Virus record (IMG/VR): IMGVR_UViG_3300045988_118866 | Span: 10,950-74,949 of that record | DNA: 64,000 nt | Strand: one strand, 5' to 3' | Origin: a virus | Shown: piece by piece, positions 1-8,736 of the stretch | How positions within the stretch are numbered: the first letter of the stretch is position 1 | Layout of the letters: each line of letters begins with the position of its first letter | The notes under the pieces: model-generated | The model's input: the letters and a program-made list of their open reading frames with translations, nothing else | Told to the model about the DNA's origin: nothing | The model's database searches: none | Made by a program: the position numbers and the translations under genes

Positions 1-64
1 GGTCGAATTTATATAATTATATAAAATTTATTTTTATATAATTATGAAAGGTAGATGTTTAATT

Positions 65-811
65 ATGATAGGAATTTATAAAATTACAAATAAAATAAAT
101 AATCATTGTTATATTGGATAGTCAATAAATATTTATGATAGATGGAAGCATGAAAAAAGTGATGCTTTTCGCGAATAGAGTAAAAACTATGATTATCCTC
201 TTTCACGAGCATTAAGAAAATATGGAGTAGAGAATTTTACTTTTGAAATTTTAGAAGAATGTTCTCGTGAAGATTTAAATAAAAAAGAAATTGAGTATGT
301 TAAAAAATTTAATAGTTATAATGATGGATATAATTAGACATTAGGTGGTGATGGAACCAAAGGGTTTCAAATAAAATTATCTAATGAAGATATTTATGAA
401 ATATATAAATTACTATTAAATGAAGAAATTACTCAAAATGATATAGCAAAAAAATATGGCGTTGGGATAGATACCATATCAGAAATAAATCACGGGAAAA
501 CTAGAATATTAGATGGTTTTACATTTCCTTTAAGAGATAACAGAAAAATTCATTTTTGTGTTGATTGCGGAAAAGAAATTTATCGTAGCTCTATAAGATG
601 TAAAGATTGTGATTCAAAAAATTAGAGAAAAGTAGAACGTCCTTCTCGTGATATTTTCAAATCTGAAATTAGAAATATTTCTTTTTTACAATTAGGTCAT
701 AAATATGGAGTTAGTGATAAATCAATATCTAAATGGTGTAAATATTATAATTTACCTAGTAAAAAATCAGATATAAAGAAAATTTCTGATGAAGATTGGG
801 AAAATATTTAA
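65..811 (+). CDS. GIY-YIG homing endonuclease (I-TevI-like), 4 in-frame TAG read as Gln
   Basis: ATG at 65 and TAA at 809-811. Translation gives MIGIYKITNKINNHCYIG-TAG-S (GIY...YIGQS motif) followed by R-E-TAG-SKNYDYPLSRALRKYGVENFTFEILEECSRED. The stops at 119, 173, 335 and 623 are all TAG. The C-terminal part has a Zn-finger-like CVDCGKEIYRSSIRCKDCD. Confidence 0.8.
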
Positions 812-833
812 TTTTTTAAACAAAAGAACTTTT

Positions 834-866
834 TTGATTTTATAAAAAATATATAATATAATATAT
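834..866 (+). promoter_or_regulatory. conserved phage promoter (TTGATT-N18-TATAAT + ATATAGAAAGTTGAGAAAGGAG)
   Basis: Member of the motif family. Confidence 0.5.
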
Positions 867-896
867 ATAGAAAGTTGAGAAAGGAGAAAATAAATA

Positions 897-1079
897 ATGA
901 ATATTGAAGTTGGTAATTCTTATTGTTTTGTCCCTTATCGCGGTCGTTGCTATCGCAGACAGTATCTTAAATGTACTGTTCTCCGAGTATTAAATTATCA
1001 GATTGAAGTCCTTGATGAACACGGTGAAAAATGGCTTCTTTCAGAAGATGATTTAATGCCAATTCAAAGACCTTATTGA
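897..1079 (+). CDS. hypothetical small protein (60 aa, Cys-rich)
   Basis: ORF preceded by the conserved promoter box and the RBS GAAAGGAG. Confidence 0.5.
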   Translation: MNIEVGNSYCFVPYRGRCYRRQYLKCTVLRVLNYQIEVLDEHGEKWLLSEDDLMPIQRPY

Positions 1080-1110
1080 CATTTTATAAAAAATATTATA
1101 TAATATTTAT
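1076..1110 (+). promoter_or_regulatory. conserved promoter (TTGACA 1076-1081, TATAAT 1099-1104)
   Basis: ttgacattttataaaaaatattatataat. Confidence 0.55.
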
Positions 1111-1163
1111 ATAAAATGAAAAAAGAAAAAAGGAAATAAAAAAACTTGGGTAAAAGAGAAAAG

Positions 1164-1200
1164 TTGATTTTTAAAAAAAAATATAATATAATAAATATAT
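1164..1200 (+). promoter_or_regulatory. conserved promoter variant upstream of tRNA array
   Basis: ttgatttttaaaaaaaaatataatataat. Confidence 0.45.
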
Positions 1201-1232
1201 AAAGTAAGGATTTTAAAAAGTCCTTCTTTTAT

Positions 1233-1309
1233 GGGAGATTAGCTCAGCTGGTCAGAGCGCTTGACTGTTAATCAAGATGCCATAGGTTCGAATCCTATAT
1301 CTCCCGCCA
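1233..1309 (+). tRNA. tRNA-Asn(GTT)
   Basis: Cloverleaf gggagat/atctccc, D-loop agctcagctggtcag, anticodon loop ctGTTaa, T-loop ggttcgaatcc, encoded CCA. Confidence 0.8.
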
Positions 1310-1548
1310 TTGGGGCGTTAACACGGATTTTATAAGTTTAAACTACCACCGATCGAAAGAGTATGTGGCTTGCGGAAAACGCCCGACTAAATATAAGGAA
1401 GCGAAGTAAAACTTATTGTGAAGTAGTGGCTATACTCACATTAATCAAGGCTATGGGTTCTGGGGATCCAAAAGAGTAAAAGTTGGTTCGAGTCCAACGA
1501 CTGACGAAGTTCGAATCTTCGCAATGTGGGTGATAAAACTCTTTATTT

Positions 1549-1633
1549 GCCGAATTGGTGGAATGGTAGACATAGCAGAATTAGACTCTGCCGCCTTAAA
1601 GGTGTAAGAGTTCGAGTCTCTTATTCGGCACCA
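1549..1633 (+). tRNA. tRNA-Leu(TAG), type II
   Basis: Acceptor gccgaat/attcggc, anticodon stem gcaga/tctgc with loop atTAGac, long variable arm, T-loop ttcgagt, CCA. Confidence 0.7.
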
Positions 1634-1721
1634 GTCCCTCCCTGGGAATGCGTTGAAGGCTTGCGAACTTTGAACGCAGGTGGTTGGCAACTCCATCTAT
1701 ACATAAATAAGTTGCGCTTCG

Positions 1722-1796
1722 GGCTTCGGGACTGCATGGCGTGGTCGTCTGTCTTGCACACAGAAAATCAGGTGAGTTCGATTCTCACGAGGTCCA
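1722..1796 (+). tRNA. tRNA-like, anticodon arm tctgt-ctTGCac-acaga (Ala TGC); irregular acceptor
   Basis: Clear anticodon and T arms (gtgag-ttcgatt-ctcac). Acceptor pairing is imperfect, so this may be a degenerate copy. Confidence 0.3.
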
Positions 1797-2264
1797 GTCA
1801 TCTAAAATTCACAACCGCCACGAGGTAGATGATGGGTAACGCTAATAGTGAATAGAAATGGTTATATGGTGTAAAGAGTAAGCACGGCGGTTAAGTAAAC
1901 CGCAAGTTCGGGAGCATTGCCCGATATAACCGATTATATGATTGGTGATAAAAGCAGCCAGAAATATTATCTTATTAATTAAACTTAATACAATATACTA
2001 AATGATATAATAGATAAGGTATATTAATAAAACTTATATACAATAAGATAATATATACAAAATGCTAATAGTGATTTTGGTTTCAGCGCTAAGAAAGTTT
2101 TTCCCACTAAGAAGAGAAAATTTGAAGAGTTAGCGTAGTCTAGAAGTTATTCTTAAATAACTCCCGTTTTGGTTTGTAGCCTTTTTCGGAAAATAAAATG
2201 GTATTATAGTAAATTATGCAAATCGTGACGCCGCGAAGGGACGGCCGCCCTAAAGTGCGATTAA

Positions 2265-2395
2265 GATTAGAAAGAAGTTGGAAGATCTTCTTAAAACTTC
2301 CATTAGATTAGAAAGAAGTTTTAAGGATTCTTCTTAAAAATCCAATTAGATGATTAAAAAGAAGTTTTGAGGATTCTTCTTAAAAATCCTCTTAG
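2265..2395 (+). repeat. three tandem about 43-bp units, each a hairpin with conserved loop CTTCTTAAAA and covarying stems
   Basis: Stems tggaag/cttcca, ggatt/aatcc and gaggatt/aatcctc around tcttcttaaaa. Each unit is preceded by gattagaaagaagtt. Confidence 0.6.
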
Positions 2396-2399
2396 TTAT

Positions 2400-2487
2400 G
2401 CTTTGATGGCGGAATTGGCAGACGCGATCGGCTCAAACCCGATTATCCGAACGGATGGTGAGAGTTCAAGTCTCTCTCGAAGCACCA
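2400..2487 (+). tRNA. tRNA-Leu(CAA), type II
   Basis: Acceptor gctttga/tcgaagc, D-arm gcggaattggcagacgc, anticodon loop ctCAAac, long variable arm, T-loop ttcaagt, CCA. Confidence 0.75.
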
Positions 2488-2604
2488 GTCACCTCCTTTA
2501 ATTAGTAGGTTAGTGTAGAAATGGTAAGCATTTATGAATATTGACGGCGGTGGAGTGGCGACCATCGTTAACAAATATCGCTTCTTGGTTAGTCTTTTAA
2601 TCTT

Positions 2605-2640
2605 TTGACATTTTATAAAAAATAAGTTATAATATTTATA
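2605..2640 (+). promoter_or_regulatory. conserved promoter (TTGACA-N17-TATAAT)
   Basis: ttgacattttataaaaaataagttataat. Confidence 0.55.
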
Positions 2641-2667
2641 GAAAGTTAAGAAAGGAAGATTTAAATT

Positions 2668-2775
2668 ATGTATAATGATTACTATGAAAGCTATGCTTGT
2701 GAGATTCAGAGTGATGAATATGCTGCTTATCAGGATCTTTCCCTTTATGAAGATGAGGATGAATACCGTGAATAA
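2668..2775 (+). CDS. hypothetical small acidic peptide (35 aa); alternative +1-frame ORF 2675..2923 is K-rich
   Basis: The ATG sits at the canonical spacing after the promoter/AAAGGAAG box at 2605-2660. Both candidate ORFs are short, so this call is uncertain. Confidence 0.3.
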   Translation: MYNDYYESYACEIQSDEYAAYQDLSLYEDEDEYRE

Positions 2776-2926
2776 AAGTTATATGAAAAAGAATAAGGAA
2801 GAACTCAATGAGTATCTTCAGTTGTTTCGACGCAGAGGATTTAAAGTTCCTGCGAAAAAAGGCAAAGGTTCATTTAAGCGAAAACAAAAGCACAAAAATC
2901 AAGATTATGATAGATGTGCTTAATAT

Positions 2927-3004
2927 GGCCCCATCTGACTAAATGGCTTAGGTGGCAACCCTCTCAAGGTTGAGATGTCAGTTCGAATCTGGCTGGGGTC
3001 ACCA
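2927..3004 (+). tRNA. tRNA-Glu(CTC)-like
   Basis: Acceptor ggcccca/tggggtc, anticodon stem caacc/ggttg with loop ctCTCaa, T-loop ttcgaat, CCA. The D-arm pairs poorly. Confidence 0.45.
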
Positions 3005-3072
3005 CCCGATTTAATTCATTAAACAATAATCGGAGGAGTTATACTTCTTCTTTAACAAAAAGTAATATATTT

Positions 3073-3149
3073 GCTCCCATCGACAAGCGGACTTAAGTCA
3101 CCAGCCTTTCACGTTGGAGTCGCCGGTTCGAATCCGGCTGGGAGTACCA
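3073..3149 (+). tRNA. tRNA-Glu(TTC)
   Basis: Acceptor gctccca/tgggagt, anticodon stem ccagc/gttgg with loop ctTTCac, T-arm gccgg-ttcgaat-ccggc, CCA. Confidence 0.6.
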
Positions 3150-3152
3150 TAT

Positions 3153-3228
3153 GGCCCCGGGGGCAGTCAGCAGAGCCGCGTGCCTGTCACGCACGAGATA
3201 GCCGGGTCGGCACCGGTCGGGGTCGCCA
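3153..3228 (+). tRNA. tRNA-Asp(GTC), GC-rich, atypical T-loop
   Basis: Acceptor ggccccg/cggggtc plus g plus cca. Anticodon stem cgtgc/gcacg with loop ctGTCac. The T-loop reads gtcggca rather than ttcRAnn. Local GC is far above the genome average. Confidence 0.5.
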
Positions 3229-3388
3229 TACGTTGGCATCATTCTTATGTCTATGTAAGTGCGCAGGTGGTCGCACAAAAGCCTCTACAAAAGTTGGCCA
3301 TTTGATGAGGTCTATTAAGAATTTTGGGACGATGGGTTAGAAAGTCCAATAGATATAATGGTCGCGAATATTATATCTATCCCATTTT

Positions 3389-3464
3389 CGGTCAATAGCT
3401 TAATTGGTAGAGCATTGTTCTCATAAGACAAGGGATATTAGTTCGATTCTAATTTGACCGACCA
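3389..3464 (+). tRNA. tRNA-Met/Ile2(CAT)
   Basis: Acceptor cggtcaa/ttgaccg, D-arm gcttaattggtagagc, anticodon stem ttgtt/gacaa with loop ctCATaa, T-arm attag-ttcgatt-ctaat, CCA. Confidence 0.75.
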
Positions 3465-3466
3465 TT

Positions 3467-3548
3467 GCGGTAGAGTGAAACGGATATATAAATCATGCCA
3501 GGCTCATAACCTGCGCGATACAGGGTTCGACTCCCTTGAACCGCAACC
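3467..3548 (+). tRNA. second CAT-anticodon tRNA-like gene (irregular arms)
   Basis: Anticodon arm cagg-ctCATaa-cctg and T-loop agggttcgactccct. Acceptor and D-arm are non-canonical. Confidence 0.35.
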
Positions 3549-3668
3549 ATAAGGCACACACAGCAATCATTTTCTATTGAAAGTATTTTAACTCATTGGT
3601 AGAGTATTTGTCTGTTAAACAAATTGTAGTTGGTTTAATTCCAACAAATATTTCATTTGTGTCTTGTA
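3548..3668 (+). other. leader/trailer cassette enclosing intact tRNA-Asn(3582-3653)
   Basis: Leader aaggcacacacagcaatcattttc and trailer catttgtgtcttg. The cacaca and tgtgtctt segments are complementary. Confidence 0.45.
3582..3653 (+). tRNA. tRNA-Asn(GTT) second copy, AT-rich, inside leader/trailer cassette
   Basis: Acceptor agtattt/aaatatt, D-arm actcattggtagagt, anticodon tttgt-ctGTTaa-acaaa, T-arm gttgg-tttaatt-ccaac. CCA is not encoded. Confidence 0.55.
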
Positions 3669-3698
3669 AATTAAAATAATCCAAAAGGAGATATCTAA

Positions 3699-3902
3699 AT
3701 GAAGTTTAAGTTTAAGCCCGGCGACAAGGTTTATTCTAAGAAGTACGGTAAGGGCTTTTGCCATCAGGTTGATGAACAGGATAAGGATTTTACTTATGAT
3801 TTCCATTTTAAGGATGGCACAATCATTTGGATGTCCCGATATGATGGTGAGCGTTATGTAAAGTTCCGCAGACCGAAGAACGCGGAACCCGCGAACGCAT
3901 AA
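3699..3902 (+). CDS. hypothetical protein (67 aa)
   Basis: ORF with RBS AAAGGAGA 8 nt upstream. Confidence 0.5.
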   Translation: MKFKFKPGDKVYSKKYGKGFCHQVDEQDKDFTYDFHFKDGTIIWMSRYDGERYVKFRRPKNAEPANA

Positions 3903-3928
3903 TTTATCTTTCCTTTCTTTTTGAATAA

Positions 3929-4002
3929 CAAAGACGCTAACAGCAAATTTTAAAACATTGATGTACTAAATACATATGCTTGAAATTGTTTACGGCGTCT
4001 TG
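3929..4002 (+). other. leader/trailer cassette (no tRNA inside)
   Basis: caaagacgc-taacagcaaatttt ... gcgtcttg inverted flanks. Confidence 0.45.
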
Positions 4003-4116
4003 TTCTATTTATATTGTTGATGTAGTACGATAAATAAAATATCACATTCTTTTAGTCAGTTTTAAAGGAAGAATGACTACGTGGAGAATCGGGAATCGTA
4101 GCAATATAAATATTAT

Positions 4117-4192
4117 GGGCGGATAGCTCAGCTGGTAGAGCGTAGGATTGAAGATCCTAGCGTCGGCAGTTCGATTCTGTCTCCGCCCACCA
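4117..4192 (+). tRNA. tRNA-Phe(GAA)
   Basis: gggcgga/tccgccc, D-arm gctcagctggtagagc, anticodon tagga-ttGAAga-tccta, T-loop gttcgattc, CCA. Confidence 0.8.
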
Positions 4193-4286
4193 AAAGACCA
4201 ACAAATGAGGAACCACTTTGCTGCTCGTGGCTGTTGGGATGCCTGTTAGAAAGGCTACTCTTCTATATATTTAAATATATAGAAAC

Positions 4287-4315
4287 AAAAGACTATACAA
4301 TAGAGAGAGTCTTTT
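4287..4315 (+). other. minimal AAAAGACT...AGTCTTTT hairpin (cassette-flank motif alone)
   Basis: aaaagactatacaatagagagagtctttt. Confidence 0.35.
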
Positions 4316-4601
4316 ACATCTAGTTCATTTTCTTACTTATCTTTCTGTTTGATTTCCCCTTTCGTTTGATATATAGATTGTTATTTTCTCTCACTTCTAT
4401 GGGAATGAATTGTTTTTCTACTCTCTATTTTGTTTCATAAAATTAAATAAAAAAGGAGGATTGTCTGATATGTTTAAAGATGTTGATGATTTGATCTTTG
4501 GCGATGAGTGCGAATTTTGTCCTAGCGAACGATAAGTGCGGTCGCCTACTTAATGCTACCATAGGCTGGTTCCAAGTCCAGAAAAGCAGAGGAGGTAGAA
4601 T

Positions 4602-4838
4602 ATGAAAAATATTTTAAGTTATAAAAATCCTTGTTTTAGCGGTCAAGAAATTCTTGATTGGGCTAATTACCAAGTAAATAATAAAACTTCTCATTATAAA
4701 CAGGGATTGAGAGTTTTAAATTTATTTGGTAATATTAAACCTGATAGAAAATATTATATTTTTAGTAATTATCGCACTTGGCGTAGTTATTGTGGATATA
4801 GTATTAAACCTAAGTTAATCATATATAGGTGTAAATAA
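4602..4838 (+). CDS. hypothetical protein (78 aa)
   Basis: ORF with RBS GAGGAGG upstream. Confidence 0.5.
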   Translation: MKNILSYKNPCFSGQEILDWANYQVNNKTSHYKQGLRVLNLFGNIKPDRKYYIFSNYRTWRSYCGYSIKPKLIIYRCK

Positions 4839-4930
4839 ATAGAATAATTGAGGCGTTGGGCGAGGGTGTGGTATGGTTTAAACGAGGATATCATCTGTTT
4901 AAGCAGTAAATTATTCTATTTATATATTAT

Positions 4931-5021
4931 GAAGGAGTGGCAGAGCTGGTTGAATGCGGCACCCTGCTAAGGTGTTGGCCTTATTTGGGGCCCGGAGGTT
5001 CGAATCCTCTCTCCTTCGCCA
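4931..5021 (+). tRNA. tRNA-Ser(GCT), type II
   Basis: gaaggag/ctccttc, anticodon gcacc-ctGCTaa-ggtgt, long variable arm, T-arm ggagg-ttcgaat-cctct, CCA. Confidence 0.75.
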
Positions 5022-5048
5022 TTAAATTTTAAATTAAGAGGATTAAGT

Positions 5049-6188
5049 ATGAATATTGTAAACGCTGGTTCTCGCTATCAAATTTATGGCGAGGACGTTA
5101 AGACTTATAAGCGACTTCCGCTTATGTCTTTTGAAATCTGCTTTAATAAGATGGCAGGTTTTTATCTTTCTTCTCGTTCTGATCTTGCGATCAATGAGGA
5201 AAAGATTTATGGTAATCATGAAGTTAAAGTCAATAAGGTGCTTAATTCTTTTAAGCACTCGGACCGCAATCTTGGTGTTATCCTAAGCGGACAAAAGGGT
5301 ATTGGCAAGTCATTGTTTGCTCGTATTCTTTCTCATCAAGCTATTGAAGACGGGTATCCTGTTCTCTTGGCTAATACTTATATGCCTGGTATCGCAGATT
5401 TTATTTCTAGCATCGAGCAGGAAGTCGTAGTTATTTTCGACGAGTTTGAAAAGAATTTTGCTTCTAATGTTGAGGAGCATGTGGGGCCATCTCCGCAGGA
5501 AGAAATGCTTTCTCTCTTTGATGGTCTTGATAATGGTAAGAAACTCTTTGTTATTACTTGTAATGAAGTTGATCGACTTAATACTTATCTATTGAATCGA
5601 CCGGGCCGTTTCCATTATCATTTTAAGATTACTTATCCAACAGAGGAAGAGATTGTAGAGTATCTTACCGATAAGGTTGATAAGAAGTATGCAGACGGCA
5701 TTAAGGATATTGTGAATTTCTCTCGCACCGTTAATATGACTTATGATTATCTTCGTGCTATCGCATTTGAACTTAATCAGGGTTATGGTGTGGCAGAAAC
5801 TCTTGAAGACCTTAATATCTCTCAGACTTCCAATGTTCGTTTCAATATCACTATTACTACGGTAAATGGTGATGTGTATAATACCTATGGTGCTTCAGTT
5901 AATTTGTTTAGCAATCCTAATACTAATCATCAAAGATGGTATGATGGTTATGCCTCGGATAGTAAGACTATTCGTTATGCATTAACCCCTGATTCAATTA
6001 AGATTGAAAAGGGTATGATTACTGCTGATTCGAAAAAGGTTGAAGTCTATATTGATCCTGATGACTTTTGGACGATCAGCAATGAGGAAAAGCGTAAGGA
6101 AGCTATTGAGAAGGCTAAGAATGAGCGCGTAATTAAGTCTGTTGTTTTAACTAAGGTCGCAAACACTATTGAACAGTATCTTTATTAA
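5049..6188 (+). CDS. AAA+ family ATPase
   Basis: Walker A GQKGIGKS and Walker B VVIFDEFE. Codon usage has GC-rich third positions, which suggests high expression. RBS AAGAGGA upstream. Confidence 0.75.
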   Translation: MNIVNAGSRYQIYGEDVKTYKRLPLMSFEICFNKMAGFYLSSRSDLAINEEKIYGNHEVKVNKVLNSFKHSDRNLGVILSGQKGIGKSLFARILSHQAIEDGYPVLLANTYMPGIADFISSIEQEVVVIFDEFEKNFASNVEEHVGPSPQEEMLSLFDGLDNGKKLFVITCNEVDRLNTYLLNRPGRFHYHFKITYPTEEEIVEYLTDKVDKKYADGIKDIVNFSRTVNMTYDYLRAIAFELNQGYGVAETLEDLNISQTSNVRFNITITTVNGDVYNTYGASVNLFSNPNTNHQRWYDGYASDSKTIRYALTPDSIKIEKGMITADSKKVEVYIDPDDFWTISNEEKRKEAIEKAKNERVIKSVVLTKVANTIEQYLY

Positions 6189-6189
6189 C

Positions 6190-6232
6190 GCGGCGGCCGA
6201 TGTAAAGTGAATATACTTTACATCGGCCCTTT
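6190..6232 (+). terminator. rho-independent terminator (core GATGTAAAGT...ACTTTACATC)
   Basis: cggccgatgtaaagtgaatatactttacatcggccctttttg. Confidence 0.7.
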
Positions 6233-6270
6233 TTGACTTTATAAAAAAAATATTATATAATAAATATATG
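6233..6270 (+). promoter_or_regulatory. conserved promoter upstream of tRNA-Leu/His pair
   Basis: ttgactttataaaaaaaatattatataat. Confidence 0.5.
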
Positions 6271-6284
6271 AAAAATAAACAAAT

Positions 6285-6371
6285 GCTTTTGTGATGGAAT
6301 TGGTATACATGCTAGACTAAGAATCTAGTGGGCGCAAGTTCGTGTGAGTTCGAGTCTCACCAAAAGCACCA
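6285..6371 (+). tRNA. tRNA-Leu-like type II with anticodon loop ctAAGaa (A34)
   Basis: gcttttg/caaaagc, anticodon stem ctaga/tctag, long variable arm, T-arm gtgag-ttcgagt-ctcac, CCA. Confidence 0.5.
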
Positions 6372-6372
6372 T

Positions 6373-6448
6373 GTGGCTGTAGCTCAGTTGGTAGAGCGTC
6401 TGATTGTGGCTCAGAATGTCGCGGATTCGAATTCCGCCAGTCACCCCA
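6373..6448 (+). tRNA. tRNA-His(GTG)
   Basis: gtggctg/cagtcac, D-arm gctcagttggtagagc, anticodon tctga-ttGTGgc-tcaga, T-arm gcgga-ttcgaat-tccgc, CCA. Confidence 0.75.
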
Positions 6449-6606
6449 ATAGTAAGTAGGTGAAATTATGAATTATACCGTAGATTAGTTAATCGCTGAA
6501 TGGAAAGATTAGATTGCTTCTATGAAGTATTATAATTATAGTCCAGAGATTATTGATAAAAATGAGTAGATTCTTATTTATTTCCAAGAGTTAAAGGAGT
6601 ATAAAG

Positions 6607-7125
6607 ATGGAAATCGAACGTAAGTTTGATATTAAAAATATCCCTTCTTGGATGAAGGAAAAGAGTGTTCGTCATAAGAAAATTGAACAAATTTATCTTA
6701 TGATTGATTTTGATAATGATGGTAAAGTGCTTGAAGAAATTCGAGTGCGGAAAGCCATTAATCTTAAAACCAATCAAGTTGATTATAAGATGACATATAA
6801 ATATGGCGATGGTCTGTCTCGTGAAGAAGTTGAAACATCTATTTCTGCGGATTTCTATGAAATGATTAGAAAAACTCGACACGAAGGTTATAATCCTATT
6901 ATTAAGGATTATTACATGGTTCAAGATATTCATAACCCTGGACGTTTGATCGAAGTTAGTGAAGTAGACGGAAAATTTTGTTATGCAGAAGTTGAATTTC
7001 CTGATGAAAAGACTGCTAATGAATATGTCTGGCCTTATCCTGAAATTTTAGGGCCAAAAGGTGAAATGACTAATCAACCGGAAGAACGAATGTCTGTTTA
7101 TTGGTTGAAATCGCGAGTTTCTTGA
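6607..7125 (+). CDS. CYTH-domain (triphosphate tunnel metalloenzyme, CyaB/ThTPase-like) protein
   Basis: N-terminus MEIERKF is the hallmark EXEXK start of CYTH domains, with acidic clusters downstream. A hairpin terminator follows. Confidence 0.55.
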   Translation: MEIERKFDIKNIPSWMKEKSVRHKKIEQIYLMIDFDNDGKVLEEIRVRKAINLKTNQVDYKMTYKYGDGLSREEVETSISADFYEMIRKTRHEGYNPIIKDYYMVQDIHNPGRLIEVSEVDGKFCYAEVEFPDEKTANEYVWPYPEILGPKGEMTNQPEERMSVYWLKSRVS

Positions 7126-7315
7126 CTCGCCGATCTGGGGTGGTAAGTCAAAGGCTAGACTAGGCGACTTATCTGTGGGTAGTTTAAATGGTAAAATATT
7201 GGAAGCGCTACAAAGATTTAAGTTCAAATCTTAGCTCACAGGCCAAATCGCTCAATGGAGAGTTCGAGTCTCCCTCGCCCTACCATTGTCATGGTATTTC
7301 CTTTCTTAACTAAAT

Positions 7316-7387
7316 AAAGACTCATACAGCAACTTTTTTGCTTGCAATAAGCGCTTAATGTGGGATTAAGAAGAATAAAGAGTCTTG
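7316..7387 (+). other. leader/trailer cassette (no tRNA inside), upstream of tRNA-Arg
   Basis: aaagactc-atacagcaactttttt ... gagtcttg. Confidence 0.45.
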
Positions 7388-7397
7388 TAGCGAATTT

Positions 7398-7474
7398 GTC
7401 CCCGTAGTTCAGTTGGATAGAACAAAGGATTTCTAATCCTTGTGTCGGGCGTTCGAATCGCTCCGGGGATGCCA
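7398..7474 (+). tRNA. tRNA-Arg(TCT)
   Basis: gtccccg/cggggat, D-arm gttcagttggatagaac, anticodon aagga-ttTCTaa-tcctt, T-arm gggcg-ttcgaat-cgctc, CCA. Confidence 0.75.
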
Positions 7475-7534
7475 AGGGTATATCCCATTAATAAGAATCA
7501 TTAAAACCTTAAAAATATTAAGGAAGGTGATTCG

Positions 7535-8392
7535 ATGAAAATATATTCTCCAAGCAATTATTCATATGTAAAAATTATTGAAATTCCAAAAGAAGAAATT
7601 AGTAAATTAGATATGGCGCTATGCGCTCAACCGCGTTAGACTTTAAAGCAATATTATGATAGTTGTGCGGTTAAACCTACTATTTTAACTAATGGTGGTT
7701 TCTTTAGTATGGATAATGGCGCTACTTGTTTTAATTATATGGACAATGGTATAATCATTAATTCCACTTCTTCTTATAAAGAAGGCTTTGGTATCATTAA
7801 TGGTGAATTGAAATACGGTATAATTGGAACAGAAAAGTTTGAAGATTTTGTTAGCGGTTATCCAGTATTAATTAAGGCTGGCAAAAAAACTCAAATTACT
7901 TATGCCAAAGAGTTAAATTATAAAGCCCGTAGAACAGTATTAGCATATAATAAATCTAATATTTATTTAATTGCTATTGAAAAGCCAGGTATGGCGTTCG
8001 CAGAAATGTAGAATTTACTTTTAGCATTAAAGGTTGATTATGCGATTAACCTTGATGGCGGTGGTAGCACAAAAGTTCTTTATAACGGGACTTGTATTAC
8101 CAAAGATTGGGGCGATCGCGCAGTAGATAATGTAATGGCCGTTTATCTCAAACCGCAAATCATTTACCGCGTTCAACTTGGTGCTTTTGGATCTAAATCT
8201 AATGCTGATGCTTTCTTATTGAAGATTAAAGCATTACCTGATACTATTGGAGCAGGTTATAAAAATGCTTATATTCGTAAGATTGGTAAGTATTATAAAG
8301 TTCAAGTCGGTGCTTTTTCTGTAAAAGCAAATGCTATTAAAGTAATCAATGATTTAAAATCAAAAGGTTATAACGCATTTTTAACTACTTAA
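7535..8392 (+). CDS. phosphodiester glycosidase-like (DUF2233/NAGPA-like) protein with C-terminal SPOR peptidoglycan-binding domain; 2 TAG read-through
   Basis: One frame from ATG 7535 to TAA 8390-8392 once the TAGs at 7634 and 8009 are read as Gln. It joins the 7709 and 8135 track ORFs. The C-terminus YRVQLGAFGSKSNADAFLLKIK...YKVQVGAFSVKANA is a SPOR repeat pair. Confidence 0.65.
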
Positions 8393-8401
8393 TAAAACTT
8401 T

Positions 8402-8440
8402 TTGACATTTATAAAAAAATATTATATAATAAATATATAA
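8402..8440 (+). promoter_or_regulatory. conserved promoter upstream of tRNA/cassette region
   Basis: ttgacatttataaaaaaatattatataat. Confidence 0.55.
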
Positions 8441-8620
8441 AGTTAAGAAATAAATAAGACAATTCAGATGGAGTCTTTAAACTAACTGATAACGTCGTAG
8501 GATAGGGTAATGGATGCCTCATTGAGAAGAACGGAATTATAAAGCCCTCCCTCACCGTAATGTGAGTAAAAACTATAAATTAAATTTGCCATTCAATTTA
8601 ATTTGTTTATAAAGACTAAA

Positions 8621-8732
8621 ACAGCAATTTTTATCATAAAGGGAACTATGTGTTGAAGGTTCAAGTCCTTCGCTCCCGGCCATCGGGAGTTAGCTCAACT
8701 GGTAGAGCAATAGTATTGATAATTTAGTCTTG
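8621..8732 (+). ncRNA. candidate circularly permuted tRNA gene (3' portion 8645-8682, then t, then 5' portion 8684-8721) inside leader/trailer cassette
   Basis: Upstream part is actat-gtgtt-gaagg-ttcaagt-ccttc-gctcccg-g-cca, which covers tRNA positions 39-76. One nt later comes cgggagt-ta-gctc-aactggta-gagc-a-atagt-attgata, which covers positions 1-38. The acceptor halves pair 7/7 and the anticodon stem atagt/actat pairs 5/5. Joining gives the loop atTGAta. The flanks aaagactaaa (8621-8630) and tttagtcttg (8723-8732) pair 9/9. Confidence 0.5.
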
Positions 8733-8736
8733 TTTT

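Noticed and set aside
1313-1545. Possible tmRNA
   Set aside because: It starts with GGGGCG, but there is no matching 3' acceptor plus T-arm end and no tag-peptide reading frame. The region is too short at about 220 nt.
1451-1828. Track ORFs 1451..1696(-) and 1526..1828(+)
   Set aside because: They overlap tRNA-Leu(TAG) and tRNA-like structures. They have no RBS and sit inside a tRNA array.
3071-3340. Track ORFs 3071..3340(+), 3093..3278(-), 3114..3305(+)
   Set aside because: They are produced by the GC-rich tRNA-Glu/tRNA-Asp island. The three overlap one another in different frames.
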